Made by a program: the position numbers and the translations under genes
Assembly (NCBI GenBank): GCA_015055535.1
Contig: SVIA01000005.1
Location: forward strand, 3,867-67,866
From: Clostridiales bacterium
Lineage (GTDB): Bacteria; Bacillota; Clostridia; Christensenellales; UBA1242
Reading direction: 5' to 3'
DNA length: 64,000 bases
In this document: one piece after another, positions 19,362 through 28,457 of the stretch
How the letters are laid out: each line of letters begins with the position of its first letter
How positions within the stretch are numbered: position 1 is the stretch's first letter
Notes under the pieces: model-generated
Seen by the model: only the letters and a program-made list of their open reading frames with translations
Database searches by the model: none
Told to the model about the DNA's origin: nothing

Positions 19362-19385
19362 AAAAAAAGCCTGCGAATGCAGGCT
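19362..19385 (-). terminator. Intrinsic terminator downstream of tRNA-His
   Basis: AGCCTGC/GCAGGCT stem followed by T7 on the minus strand. Confidence 0.75.
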
Positions 19386-19392
19386 TTATGCT

Positions 19393-19470
19393 TGGGGTGA
19401 AATATCGGATTCGAACCGATGACCTCTGGTGCCACAAACCAGCGCTCTAACCAACTGAGCTAATCCCACC
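19393..19470 (-). tRNA. tRNA-His (anticodon GTG) with encoded G-1 and CCA
   Basis: Manual fold: G-1 plus acceptor GTGGGAT/ATTTCAC, anticodon arm CTGGT-TTGTGGC-ACCAG, T arm TCGGT-TCGAATC-CGAT. Confidence 0.9.
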
Positions 19471-19538
19471 ACGAACTTTTATATAATACAACAAAAGTAT
19501 ATAAAAGTCAAGGAAAAAAAATAATTTTTAAATTAGTT

Positions 19539-20294
19539 TTAAAGCATGTTAGTAAATTCTGGGAAAACTGTATCCATTTTACCTTTATTAAAAGAAACAA
19601 AATTGCTTTTTTCTGTTTCAAATATAGGGAAATCTAAATTTAAATTTAGCTCTTTACTATATTTTTTTAAAAGTTTAACATCTTTTTTAGTTAAAATTAC
19701 AAAATTGTTTTTATTTTTAGATAAATAATTTAATTCAGTAAACATAAATTTTAATTCTTCTGGAATTGCATAGTTATTTTTATCCATTGTTATTTTTAAT
19801 TCTTTTATAGGAGCAGAATAAATTGCAATAAAATTAAAATTAGTATTTAACGAATAAATTAGATGTAGGTCTATAATTTGTTTTTGAATAAATTCAATTG
19901 TTCTTAAAATTAAATTATAAAGGTATTCTATCTTTTTTAAGTATTTAGAAAAAACCCTGATTTCATTATTTAAATGTTTTTCAATTTTAATAAAATATTC
20001 AGAAGAAAGGTTGTTTTTATATTCATTTAATCCCGCAATATTATCTTTAATATTATCTTTTAAACTTTTTTTAACAAACTTTAAACTATTATGTAGTCTT
20101 TCTAAATTATCTATACAAGATAAATAAAAATTTAAACTAGTACTAAATAAATTTCTATTTAAACTTCCAACGATTACAAAATACATATGATTAAAATATT
20201 CAAATTTATCATGATAAAAATTATCAAGTCTTTTTATTGATTTTTCAGAATTTAATTTTTTAATATCTTTAATAATTTTTTTAGCATTATCCAT
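19539..20294 (-). CDS. Hypothetical protein
   Basis: Start moved to MDNAKK (20294) because the track's N-terminal extension covers a promoter: TTGATA (20336-31), 18 nt, TATAAT (20312-07). No recognisable motifs. Confidence 0.4.
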   Translation of the reverse strand: MDNAKKIIKDIKKLNSEKSIKRLDNFYHDKFEYFNHMYFVIVGSLNRNLFSTSLNFYLSCIDNLERLHNSLKFVKKSLKDNIKDNIAGLNEYKNNLSSEYFIKIEKHLNNEIRVFSKYLKKIEYLYNLILRTIEFIQKQIIDLHLIYSLNTNFNFIAIYSAPIKELKITMDKNNYAIPEELKFMFTELNYLSKNKNNFVILTKKDVKLLKKYSKELNLNLDFPIFETEKSNFVSFNKGKMDTVFPEFTNML

Positions 20295-20407
20295 ATATTT
20301 TAGTTTATTATAACTTTTTAGAATTGTCAATATCAAAATTTAAAATGAGGCAAAAAATAGTTAAAATAAAAAAAATAAAAAAAAATAAATTTTTTTGCAA
20401 AAAATCA

Positions 20408-20436
20408 TTGACAAAACTTTTTTAAAGATATATACT
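20408..20436 (+). promoter_or_regulatory. Promoter of the tRNA Val-Leu-Lys operon
   Basis: TTGACA (20408-13), 17 nt, TATACT (20431-36). Confidence 0.7.
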
Positions 20437-20472
20437 ATCAAAGTCAACTTAAAAAGACAACTAATTAAATAT

Positions 20473-20548
20473 GGAAGCATAGCTCAGTTGGTAGAGCATC
20501 TGCCTTACAAGCAGGCGGTCATAGGTTCGAGTCCTATTGTTTCCACCA
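20473..20548 (+). tRNA. tRNA-Val (anticodon TAC)
   Basis: Cloverleaf with anticodon arm TCTGC-CTTACAA-GCAGG, T loop TTCGAGT, CCA encoded. Confidence 0.9.
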
Positions 20549-20553
20549 AACAC

Positions 20554-20636
20554 GCGGACATGGCGGAATTGGCAGACGCGCTAGACTTAGGATCTAGTTC
20601 GAGAGAGTGGGGGTTCAAGTCCCTTTGTCCGCACCA
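20554..20636 (+). tRNA. tRNA-Leu (anticodon TAG), long variable arm
   Basis: Anticodon arm CTAGA-CTTAGGA-TCTAG, class II variable arm, CCA encoded. Confidence 0.9.
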
Positions 20637-20688
20637 AGTTTATTTAACCGGAAAGTTGTAAAACTAACAAATAGTAATTAAATATTAT

Positions 20689-20764
20689 GACTCATTAGCT
20701 CAGTTGGTAGAGCACCTGACTTTTAATCCGGTTGTCCCGCGTTCGAGTCGCGGATGAGTCACCA
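20689..20764 (+). tRNA. tRNA-Lys (anticodon TTT)
   Basis: Anticodon arm CCTGA-CTTTTAA-TCCGG has one U29:C41 mismatch. The rest of the cloverleaf is canonical and CCA is encoded. Confidence 0.85.
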
Positions 20765-20768
20765 AATT

Positions 20769-20792
20769 GCCCCTAAGGGGCTTTTTGTTTTT
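20769..20792 (+). terminator. Intrinsic terminator of the tRNA operon
   Basis: GCCCC-TAA-GGGGC followed by TTTTTGTTTTT. Confidence 0.8.
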
Positions 20793-20804
20793 AAAAGGTG
20801 AAAA

Positions 20805-21512
20805 ATGAATAATAAAATTAAAAGTTTTTTGAAAAGTTTTACATTATTTGAAATTTTTTTAATAACTATAGGAATAACTTTAGTTACAACTTTTTCAATT
20901 GTTTTTGGGGCAAATCCTTTAGCTATTTGTTCTTCGGTTATTGGTATAATAGGCGTGGTATTTATAGCAAAAGGTAGTGTAATAGGCTCTGTATTAGGAA
21001 TAATAATGAGCATATTTTATATAATAGTATCTTATATAAATGGCCTATATGGGGAAGTTGTTTTGTATGTTTTAGTAATAATTCCAATGAATATACTTTC
21101 AATAATTCAATGGTTTAAAAATGTAAGCCAAGATAAAGTAACAATAAAAGTGCAGAAAACAGCTAAAAAAGATTTAATTATTTTAGCCATAGCAACCATT
21201 ATTGCTATTCCTATAGTTTATATAATATTAAAGTTTTTTAATACACAAAGTTTAATTTTAAGTACATTTTCAATTATAATTTCAACTGTAGGTACATATT
21301 TAAATGTTAAAAGAGATAAATTAACTTTTATTGTTTTTATTTTACATAATTTAGTTGTTATTTCTTTATGGATAGTTACAATAATTAATATTCAAAACTT
21401 ATCTTTAATTCCAATAATTGTAAATAGTAGTGTAAACTTGTTTAGTAATATGTATGGTGTTATTAATTGGACAAAAATGCAAAAAAAACAAAATCAAAAA
21501 GGCTCATATTAG
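20805..21512 (+). CDS. pnuC: PnuC-like nicotinamide riboside transporter
   Basis: 235-aa polytopic membrane protein. FTLFEIFL...SSVIGIIGVVFIAKGSVIG...YINGLYGEVVLY...IQWFKN matches the Gram-positive PnuC pattern as I recall it. Confidence 0.6.
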   Translation: MNNKIKSFLKSFTLFEIFLITIGITLVTTFSIVFGANPLAICSSVIGIIGVVFIAKGSVIGSVLGIIMSIFYIIVSYINGLYGEVVLYVLVIIPMNILSIIQWFKNVSQDKVTIKVQKTAKKDLIILAIATIIAIPIVYIILKFFNTQSLILSTFSIIISTVGTYLNVKRDKLTFIVFILHNLVVISLWIVTIINIQNLSLIPIIVNSSVNLFSNMYGVINWTKMQKKQNQKGSY

Positions 21513-21532
21513 AGCTTTTTATTTTTATTTAA

Positions 21533-21955
21533 TTATCGATAAATTTTAGTTGGTTTACCATTTTTATATTTATCATATCCCCACCAACTTGGCATTAAAT
21601 CTTTAAGTTTAATTGTTTTATTTGTTTTAGCATTTAAGCAAATTTCTAAGTCTTTATTATCTTCATCAATTTGCATTAAAAATTCTCGACAAACGCCACA
21701 AGGAAGAATAAGCTCTCCATCTTTATAACATAAAAGTTTAATAATTTTACTTTCACCGTTAGTAATCATGTTACCAGCAGCGTTTCTTTCTGCACAAAAA
21801 CCCATACCGCAATCAGTATCAATATTCACTCCCGTATAAATATTACCATTAGCCGTTTCAATTACAGCACTAACTCCAGCAACTTGCATAAAGGGTGAAA
21901 TATATCTTTCGTTATAAAGTGATTTTGCTATATCTTGCATTTCTAAAAAAGTCAT
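21533..21955 (-). CDS. cdd: Cytidine deaminase
   Basis: Zinc motifs CAERNA and PCGVCREF. Start set at MTFLEMQ, after AGGAGA. Confidence 0.85.
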   Translation of the reverse strand: MTFLEMQDIAKSLYNERYISPFMQVAGVSAVIETANGNIYTGVNIDTDCGMGFCAERNAAGNMITNGESKIIKLLCYKDGELILPCGVCREFLMQIDEDNKDLEICLNAKTNKTIKLKDLMPSWWGYDKYKNGKPTKIYR

Positions 21956-22075
21956 AATAAATCTCCTAAACATATAATTATATTAATATTTTATCAAAAA
22001 AATCTAACTTTAACAATAAAAATAAAGCAAACATATAAATAAAATATAAAAAAATTAAAAAAATAAAAAAAATCG

Positions 22076-22104
22076 TTGACAAACCCAAAAAATTAATATA
22101 TACT
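22076..22104 (+). promoter_or_regulatory. Promoter of the tRNA Gly-Cys-Leu operon
   Basis: TTGACA (22076-81), 17 nt, TATACT (22099-104). Same hexamers and spacing as the Val-Leu-Lys operon promoter. Confidence 0.7.
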
Positions 22105-22122
22105 AAAAAAGTCAAAAGATAT

Positions 22123-22197
22123 GCGGGAGTGGCTCAGTGGTAGAGCGTCGCCTTGCCAAGGCGAATGTCGCGAGTTCGAATCTCGTCTTCCGCTCCA
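22123..22197 (+). tRNA. tRNA-Gly (anticodon GCC)
   Basis: Anticodon arm TCGCC-TTGCCAA-GGCGA, CCA encoded. Confidence 0.9.
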
Positions 22198-22204
22198 AAT
22201 AATT

Positions 22205-22279
22205 GGCACCATAGCCAAGCGGTAAGGCCAAGGTCTGCAAAATCTTTATGCCCCAGTTCGAATCTGGGTGGTGCCTCCA
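22205..22279 (+). tRNA. tRNA-Cys (anticodon GCA)
   Basis: Anticodon arm AAGGT-CTGCAAA-ATCTT, T loop TTCGAAT, CCA encoded. Confidence 0.9.
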
Positions 22280-22299
22280 CTTTTTTTACAAATGAATAT

Positions 22300-22386
22300 G
22301 CCGAGGTGGCGGAATAGGCAGACGCAAGGGACTTAAAATCCCTCGAGAGCAATCTCGTACCGGTTCAAGTCCGGTCCCCGGCACCA
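22300..22386 (+). tRNA. tRNA-Leu (anticodon TAA), long variable arm
   Basis: Anticodon arm AGGGA-CTTAAAA-TCCCT, class II variable arm, CCA encoded. Confidence 0.9.
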
Positions 22387-22425
22387 CATATTGTGTTTTT
22401 GACCTATTAAAACACTATATCTAGT

Positions 22426-22456
22426 AGAGAGATTTTCCTAAATCTCTCTTTTTTTA
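22426..22456 (+). terminator. Intrinsic terminator of the tRNA operon
   Basis: AGAGAGATT/AATCTCTCT stem followed by a T-run. Confidence 0.8.
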
Positions 22457-22473
22457 TAATTTTTCAAAAAAAT

Positions 22474-22496
22474 AAGTGTACAAACAAGTGTACAAA
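22474..22496. repeat. Tandem 11-mer AAGTGTACAAA x2 (each contains palindrome TGTACA)
   Basis: Copies at 22474-84 and 22486-96, separated by one C, just downstream of the tRNA operon terminator. Confidence 0.6.
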
Positions 22497-22833
22497 TTAA
22501 TTTTTTTATTATTAAAATCATTTAGCTTATTTATGCTATAAATAAGGGTATCATTATTTTAATGTATATATGTTGTAGAGGTTACTTTACTTCCTTTTTT
22601 ATGGCCAACAAAACTTTTAATAATAAATTTAGACAAACATTCATCTATAATTTTTAATATAATAGTATATTTCAAAGTTTTAATAAAAAAAATAAAAAAG
22701 ATAGTGAAAACTAATTGCTATCTTTTTATTTGAACTAAAAATTTTGGGGTTATATAGAAAAAATAATTATTTAATAATTTAAACTAAAATGAATTAATAA
22801 TATGAAATAAGTTAATGTTTTGTTAGTATTATT

Positions 22834-23382
22834 CTAATTTTCATTATTTAAAATTTGAACATAAGCATCTTTTAACCTTTTACTAGATATACTAGGTGGT
22901 ACATTTCCACATGAGCCACCAAAAACAGGTATTACAATGCAATTGATATCATTTTTTAAAGCACAAATAAGAGTTGATCTCATACAATAATATACAATCA
23001 TATCATCTAATATAATTGATGGGCTTTGCATAGTAGGTGTATGAATTAAACTTAAATTGGGGATATCTGTTTTTATTATAAAACTTGTTGCAACACCTTG
23101 TTCTCCATAAAAATTTGTTTTTATGTAGTTTTGTACTTTAAGTTGAAAATCCCAACCAAGAATATCTGAAAGTGCAGCATCATATCCACCTCCCATATGA
23201 CCATAAGAGTTTGCTGGACTAACCAAACATTCTATTTCATTCTTGTGTTTATTGTAAAAACTTTTAATATCCTCGTGAATGATTTGTACATTAGAAAAAT
23301 CATTAAAATTTTCCTTAAGTTTTTTGCAAGAGTCCTCATTTGTTTCGACAATGTAAATTTTCATATCTTTAAGTTTTTTCAT
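22834..23382 (-). CDS. Macro-domain-like (ADP-ribose binding/hydrolase) protein
   Basis: VSPANSYGHMGGGYDAALS motif and C-terminal IPVFGGSCG resemble macro-domain phosphate-binding loops (recalled from memory). RBS AGGAGA. Confidence 0.5.
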   Translation of the reverse strand: MKKLKDMKIYIVETNEDSCKKLKENFNDFSNVQIIHEDIKSFYNKHKNEIECLVSPANSYGHMGGGYDAALSDILGWDFQLKVQNYIKTNFYGEQGVATSFIIKTDIPNLSLIHTPTMQSPSIILDDMIVYYCMRSTLICALKNDINCIVIPVFGGSCGNVPPSISSKRLKDAYVQILNNEN

Positions 23383-23658
23383 AAATTTTCTCCTGTTTTA
23401 ACTTATTTTTTAATATGTAATATTTTGTACTTGTAATTAAAATTATAACAATATATAAAACATGTTTTCACTTGTCTTTAAAAACTTAATTGTTATTATA
23501 ATATACCTTTAACACAATCAAAAGTCAAGTGTTTAAAAAGTTTATTAGATTTACTTTTTTAAAACAAAGTTTAATAACATTAAAGTTAAATAAATATTAT
23601 TTTTTATTTGGTATTTACAAAATATTTACATTGTGTTATACTACAATAGAGGTTTAAA

Positions 23659-24102
23659 ATGAAAAAAATTAATATTAATGATTTATATTTAGTTAGAAAT
23701 GGTTATAACAATTTATATAGTTTGGGTATTAAAAATATTAAATTTGGTCCTACAATAAAGGAAGTAGATGTAAAAAATGATAGTGAAATTTATATTGGAA
23801 TAAATTTATTTGGATCGTCACATAAAGTTAGTTCAATTTTATTCAATGATTATTCACAAGAAGCATATTTTAACTCTAAAACTTTTAGTAAGTTAGAAGT
23901 GGGTATTGGTTTTATTAAAAAAATAAAATTTGCGTTAGAATATGATAAAAAATTTCAAAGAGCCTTAAACTTAATGACAGAAGGTTCTAAATATGTTAAA
24001 GAAGAAAAAGATGCTAACGCTTATGCTAAAATGGTACTCGAAAGTTGTTTAATTGAAGAATATAATAATTTGAAAAATTATAACGAAGAAGCAATACGTT
24101 AA
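23659..24102 (+). CDS. Hypothetical protein
   Basis: 147-aa ORF with an upstream promoter TTTACA-17-TATACT and RBS AGAGG. No recognisable motifs. Confidence 0.4.
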   Translation: MKKININDLYLVRNGYNNLYSLGIKNIKFGPTIKEVDVKNDSEIYIGINLFGSSHKVSSILFNDYSQEAYFNSKTFSKLEVGIGFIKKIKFALEYDKKFQRALNLMTEGSKYVKEEKDANAYAKMVLESCLIEEYNNLKNYNEEAIR

Positions 24103-24108
24103 AAAGAA

Positions 24109-24134
24109 AATCGGATAAAAAAATCCGATTTTTT
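24109..24134. terminator. Bidirectional intrinsic terminator
   Basis: AATCGGAT/ATCCGATT stem flanked by A- and T-runs, between convergent genes. Confidence 0.75.
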
Positions 24135-24219
24135 ATTTTATAATTTTAATTAACAAATGCTTTTGTTGTAAAAAATATAATTTATAAGCATATTAGAAAC
24201 AAAAAGGTATCTAAGACGT

Positions 24220-24690
24220 CTAGTTTAGAATCCATAGGGCTGTGTTTAAGCTTGTTGCTATACAAAGCCAAATTGGATAGATTGATAAAATTAATCCATA
24301 CATTGCATCTTCTTTTGCAATTTCAAAAATTAATCTAATGGCAAAAAGAGCATTAATAATTATTATTACATTTCCAATAAATAATTGGTTTAGAGTAAAG
24401 AATACTAAACACCATAAAATATTTAGTACACCATTTATAACAAGTAAAATTATATTTTCTTTGGTAAGTTCAGTTTTGTTTTGCCATTTTATTAAAATTA
24501 TAGCAAAAGCTAAATAAATAACTGTCCAAACTATTGGGATTATAAAAGATGGTATCCACTCAGTTGGTTTTGTTAAACTATCAAACCAACTCATTCCAAT
24601 TTGTGTAAAAATAGTGCCAATAACGGCTACTATTATTATTGATAGTGTTGATATAATATTTCCTTTCTTCATAAAAGTAATATATGCCAA
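24220..24690 (-). CDS. tspO: TspO/MBR family tryptophan-rich sensory protein
   Basis: Five-TM 156-aa protein with WFDSLTKPTEWIPSFIIPIVWTVIY, typical of TspO. Confidence 0.75.
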   Translation of the reverse strand: MAYITFMKKGNIISTLSIIIVAVIGTIFTQIGMSWFDSLTKPTEWIPSFIIPIVWTVIYLAFAIILIKWQNKTELTKENIILLVINGVLNILWCLVFFTLNQLFIGNVIIIINALFAIRLIFEIAKEDAMYGLILSIYPIWLCIATSLNTALWILN

Positions 24691-24789
24691 AATAAATTTT
24701 TTATTATTGATTTTTAAATTTTTTAAAATGTTTGACTTTTTTTATTTTAAAATGTTAAAATTAAGCAAAATAATGAAAGGAGAATTCTT

Positions 24790-25323
24790 ATGGAACTTAA
24801 AGGTAGTAAAACAGAACAAAATTTAATGACAGCTTTTGCTGGAGAAAGTCAAGCTAGAAACAAATATACATACTTTGCTAGTGTTGCAAAAAAAGAAGGT
24901 TATGAACAAATCGCAGAAATTTTTACTAAAACTGCTGATAACGAAAAAGAACACGCTAAAATGTGGTTTAAAGCATTAGGTGAGCTTGGTAATACTTGTG
25001 AAAATTTAAAAGCTGCTGCAGACGGCGAAAATTATGAATGGACTGATATGTATGATACTTTTGCAAAAGTTGCAGAAGAAGAAGGCTTTGTGGAATTGGC
25101 TAAAAAATTTAGAGGTGTAGCACTAATTGAAAAGGCACACGAAGAAAGATTTAGAGCTTTACTTAAAAATGTAGAAATGAAAAAAGTTTTTGAAAAAAGT
25201 GAAATGATTATGTGGGAGTGTAGAAATTGTGGACATTTAGTAATTTCTACTAAAGCACCAGAAATTTGCCCAGTATGTGACCATAAACAAGCTTACTTTG
25301 AAGTAAGAAAAGAAAATTATTAA
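24790..25323 (+). CDS. rbr: Rubrerythrin
   Basis: N-terminal diiron four-helix motifs ([18 protein letters not shown]) plus a C-terminal rubredoxin-like CRNCG...CPVCD. Confidence 0.85.
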   Translation: MELKGSKTEQNLMTAFAGESQARNKYTYFASVAKKEGYEQIAEIFTKTADNEKEHAKMWFKALGELGNTCENLKAAADGENYEWTDMYDTFAKVAEEEGFVELAKKFRGVALIEKAHEERFRALLKNVEMKKVFEKSEMIMWECRNCGHLVISTKAPEICPVCDHKQAYFEVRKENY

Positions 25324-25330
25324 TATATAG

Positions 25331-25356
25331 CCACACAAATTAATGTGTGGTTTTTT
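25331..25356 (+). terminator. Intrinsic terminator after rbr
   Basis: CCACACA/TGTGTGG stem followed by T6. Confidence 0.8.
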
Positions 25357-25485
25357 ATATAAAAACGTTATTAAAAACAAAATAAAAACATAATTTATTT
25401 TGTAAAAAAAATTTTATAATATTGTAATAAATATTTTGTGAAATTTACAACATTTAGTAAAATAATACTTATAGGAGAAATAAAA

Positions 25486-28242
25486 ATGCTTAAACTAAAA
25501 GATATTACTAAAGTTTATGAAACTCAAGATTTAAAAGTTAATGCTTTAAACGGAATAAATTTAGAGTTTAGAAAAAGTGAATTCGTTTCTATTTTAGGGC
25601 CTAGTGGTTGTGGTAAAACTACACTTTTAAATATTGTGGGTGGACTTGATAGGTATACTAGTGGTGATTTAATTATAAGCAATAAATCAACAAAAGATTT
25701 TAACGATTCTGATTGGGATACGTATAGAAATCATAAAGTTGGTTTTGTTTTTCAAAGTTATAATTTAATACCACATCAAACTGTTTTAGAAAATGTTGAA
25801 ATTGCCTTAACGCTTTCTGGAGTTGGCAAAAAAGAAAGAAGACAAAAGGCAATAGACGTTTTGGAAAAAGTGGGACTTAAAGACAAAATAAAAAATAAAC
25901 CAAACCAACTATCTGGCGGCCAAATGCAAAGGGTAGCAATTGCAAGAGCACTTGTTAATGATCCAGAAATAATACTTGCCGACGAACCTACTGGCGCATT
26001 AGATTCTACAACTAGTGTGCAAATTATGGAAATTTTAAAAGAAATTTCAAATGATAAATTAATTATTATGGTTACTCATAACCCAGAACTTGCTAACAAA
26101 TATTCAACTAGAATTGTTAAACTGTTAGATGGAAATTTGGTTGATGATACCAATCCTTATGTTAGTGAAAATATTGAAACTAATATAGAAGATATTCAAA
26201 AAGAAAATAAAGAAAAATTTTTATCGAAACAAGAAATTAAAGCAAAAAAGAAAGAAGAAAAGAAAAAAAAGAGAGAATTTAATAGAGAAAATAAAAAGAA
26301 AAAAATGTCGTTTTTTACGGCTCTAGCATTAAGTTTTAAAAATTTATTAACAAAAAAAACAAGAACACTACTTGTTTCTTTTGCTGGCTCTATTGGAATA
26401 ATTGGAATTGCTTTAATACTAGCTGTTAGTAGCGGTTTTTCAACATATATAACTAAAATGCAAGAAGATACTTTGTCTACTTATCCTATAACAATTCAAG
26501 CGAAAAACATTGACTTTTCTTCTATTGTAATGTCTATGTTTATGAATAATAATTTAAGTGAAAATGTTACTCACGACAAAGACGGCGTTTATGATAAAGA
26601 TAGTTTTTCTGAAATGATGAGTAATATGGGTAATAACTTAAATGCTAATAATTTAAAGAAATTTTATCAACATATTAATGATAATAAAGAAGAATTAAAT
26701 AATTATATTAATGCTGTTCAAGTTACATATAATATGAATTTAGAATTTTATACAGGTAATCAGATTAATAATATAACAGAAATTAATAATGTACAACCCA
26801 ATAGTAATGCTTTAATGCAAATGATTATTAAATATGCACTATTTTTCTTTGAGGATAAAACTAATGCGGTAGCGGAAAAAGAAATAATTAACAATATTTT
26901 TACCGGCAACTATATAATTTCAAAGCCACAAAACGGCGAAATTGACTATACTTTTATTCGTCAATACGAAGATTTGGCTTATTTAGAAACTGAGCTTGAG
27001 GCTAACGGTAGTATAAAGTTAAATAGTACACAAATTGCAGGGCTTGCTTTTACAATGCTTGGGTTTGAAGGTATGGGTAGTGGCTCAGGTTTAAATTCTG
27101 CAATGAGAATGCTTGGTAATATGGATATTTTCTATGAAATGATTGATAACGATGAATTAATAGAGTCTCAGTACAATGTTTTAGCTGGAAGATATGCTAA
27201 TAATGCAAATGAGGCAATTTTAGTATTAGATAAAAATAATGAAGTTGACGAATATGTATTATATGCTTTGGGTTTAATGCCAGAAAGCGAAATGGATAGA
27301 CTTTTAGAAGGTCATGTAAAAGGAAATCAAATTGATGTTAAAATTGAATATGAAGACATTTTAAATACTGAGTATAAAATTTTAACGGAAAGTGATTATT
27401 ACGTTGAAGATAATGGAAATATAGTTAACTTTAAAACGTTTAATGACACTAGTGACATGACAAAGTATGCAAAATATATTGAATACTATAAAAATGCTTT
27501 AAACAATACTACAAACAAAGTAAAAATTGTTGGTATTGTAAGACTTGATGATAAATCTGATACTGGTTCACTTTCTACCGGTATTGCATATAGAAATAGT
27601 TTAACTAGTCAAATGATTAGTCATCATAACACAAGTGTTGCAACAACTGGAAACATTTTAGAACCAATTGACGAATTGACACCTGAAACTATTAGTATTT
27701 ATGTAAACAAATTTGAATCTAAAGAATTTGTACAAAAATTTATTAACGATTATAACGAAACAGCAGAACAAGGTGATGAAATATCTTATACCGATTATGT
27801 TGGAATGATTATGAGTACAGTTTCAATTATTATTAATGCAATTACTTATGTGTTGGTTGCATTTGTTGGAGTTTCTTTAGTTGTTAGCTCTATTATGATA
27901 GGAATTATTACTTACATTTCAGTGTTAGAAAGAACTAAAGAAATAGGAATTCTTAGAAGTGTGGGAGCTAGTAAAAAAGATATAAAAAGAGTATTTACTG
28001 CAGAAAGCTTTATTATTGGATTATCTAGTGGTGTATTTGGAATTTTAATTTCTTTACTTTTAATTATACCAATTAACATTGTTTTACAACATTTTACAGG
28101 ATTAATAGGAATGGCATCGTTGTCTGTTATACCTGCAATTATATTAATTTTAATAAGCATTGCTTTAACATTAGTTGCAGGGTTAATTCCGTCTAGACTT
28201 GCAGCTAAAAAAGATCCGGTAATTGCGCTAAGAAGTAATTAA
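25486..28242 (+). CDS. Fused ABC transporter ATPase + FtsX-type permease (MacB-like)
   Basis: Start at the ATG at 25486, after AGGAGA. Walker A GPSGCGKTT, signature LSGGQMQR, Walker B ILADEPTGALD, a large extracytoplasmic region and a C-terminal FtsX-like TM bundle. Confidence 0.85.
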   Translation: MLKLKDITKVYETQDLKVNALNGINLEFRKSEFVSILGPSGCGKTTLLNIVGGLDRYTSGDLIISNKSTKDFNDSDWDTYRNHKVGFVFQSYNLIPHQTVLENVEIALTLSGVGKKERRQKAIDVLEKVGLKDKIKNKPNQLSGGQMQRVAIARALVNDPEIILADEPTGALDSTTSVQIMEILKEISNDKLIIMVTHNPELANKYSTRIVKLLDGNLVDDTNPYVSENIETNIEDIQKENKEKFLSKQEIKAKKKEEKKKKREFNRENKKKKMSFFTALALSFKNLLTKKTRTLLVSFAGSIGIIGIALILAVSSGFSTYITKMQEDTLSTYPITIQAKNIDFSSIVMSMFMNNNLSENVTHDKDGVYDKDSFSEMMSNMGNNLNANNLKKFYQHINDNKEELNNYINAVQVTYNMNLEFYTGNQINNITEINNVQPNSNALMQMIIKYALFFFEDKTNAVAEKEIINNIFTGNYIISKPQNGEIDYTFIRQYEDLAYLETELEANGSIKLNSTQIAGLAFTMLGFEGMGSGSGLNSAMRMLGNMDIFYEMIDNDELIESQYNVLAGRYANNANEAILVLDKNNEVDEYVLYALGLMPESEMDRLLEGHVKGNQIDVKIEYEDILNTEYKILTESDYYVEDNGNIVNFKTFNDTSDMTKYAKYIEYYKNALNNTTNKVKIVGIVRLDDKSDTGSLSTGIAYRNSLTSQMISHHNTSVATTGNILEPIDELTPETISIYVNKFESKEFVQKFINDYNETAEQGDEISYTDYVGMIMSTVSIIINAITYVLVAFVGVSLVVSSIMIGIITYISVLERTKEIGILRSVGASKKDIKRVFTAESFIIGLSSGVFGILISLLLIIPINIVLQHFTGLIGMASLSVIPAIILILISIALTLVAGLIPSRLAAKKDPVIALRSN

Positions 28243-28457
28243 TAACTATTAAAACAAACTTACAAATTTTTTTGTAAGTTTTTTATTTATAAATGTATTT
28301 ATAAAAAATTAATTAGTATTTTTATTTGACAGAGTTTTGTCTTATTTTGTAAAATTACAATAGCAAAGTTTTGCGGTCTTTTTGACTGTATATAAATTCA
28401 ACAAATTTAAATAACTACTTTAAACTTGAGCAAAATATATATTGTTAGGGGTATTTT

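Noticed and set aside
20395-20661. 88-aa ORF in the track
   Set aside because: It is read straight through the tRNA-Val and tRNA-Leu genes and their promoter, so it is spurious.
20765-20804. NAD+/pnuC-type riboswitch upstream of the PnuC-like gene
   Set aside because: Only ~40 nt separate tRNA-Lys from the ATG, and the tRNA operon terminator and an SD fill them. There is no room for a riboswitch.
22134-22352. 72-aa minus-strand ORF in the track
   Set aside because: It lies antisense to the tRNA-Gly/Cys/Leu genes, so it is spurious.
22834-24102. DarTG-like toxin-antitoxin (macro-domain antitoxin with adjacent toxin)
   Set aside because: The neighbouring gene is divergent, separated by ~280 bp, and shows no DarT-like motifs. 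No operon structure is present.
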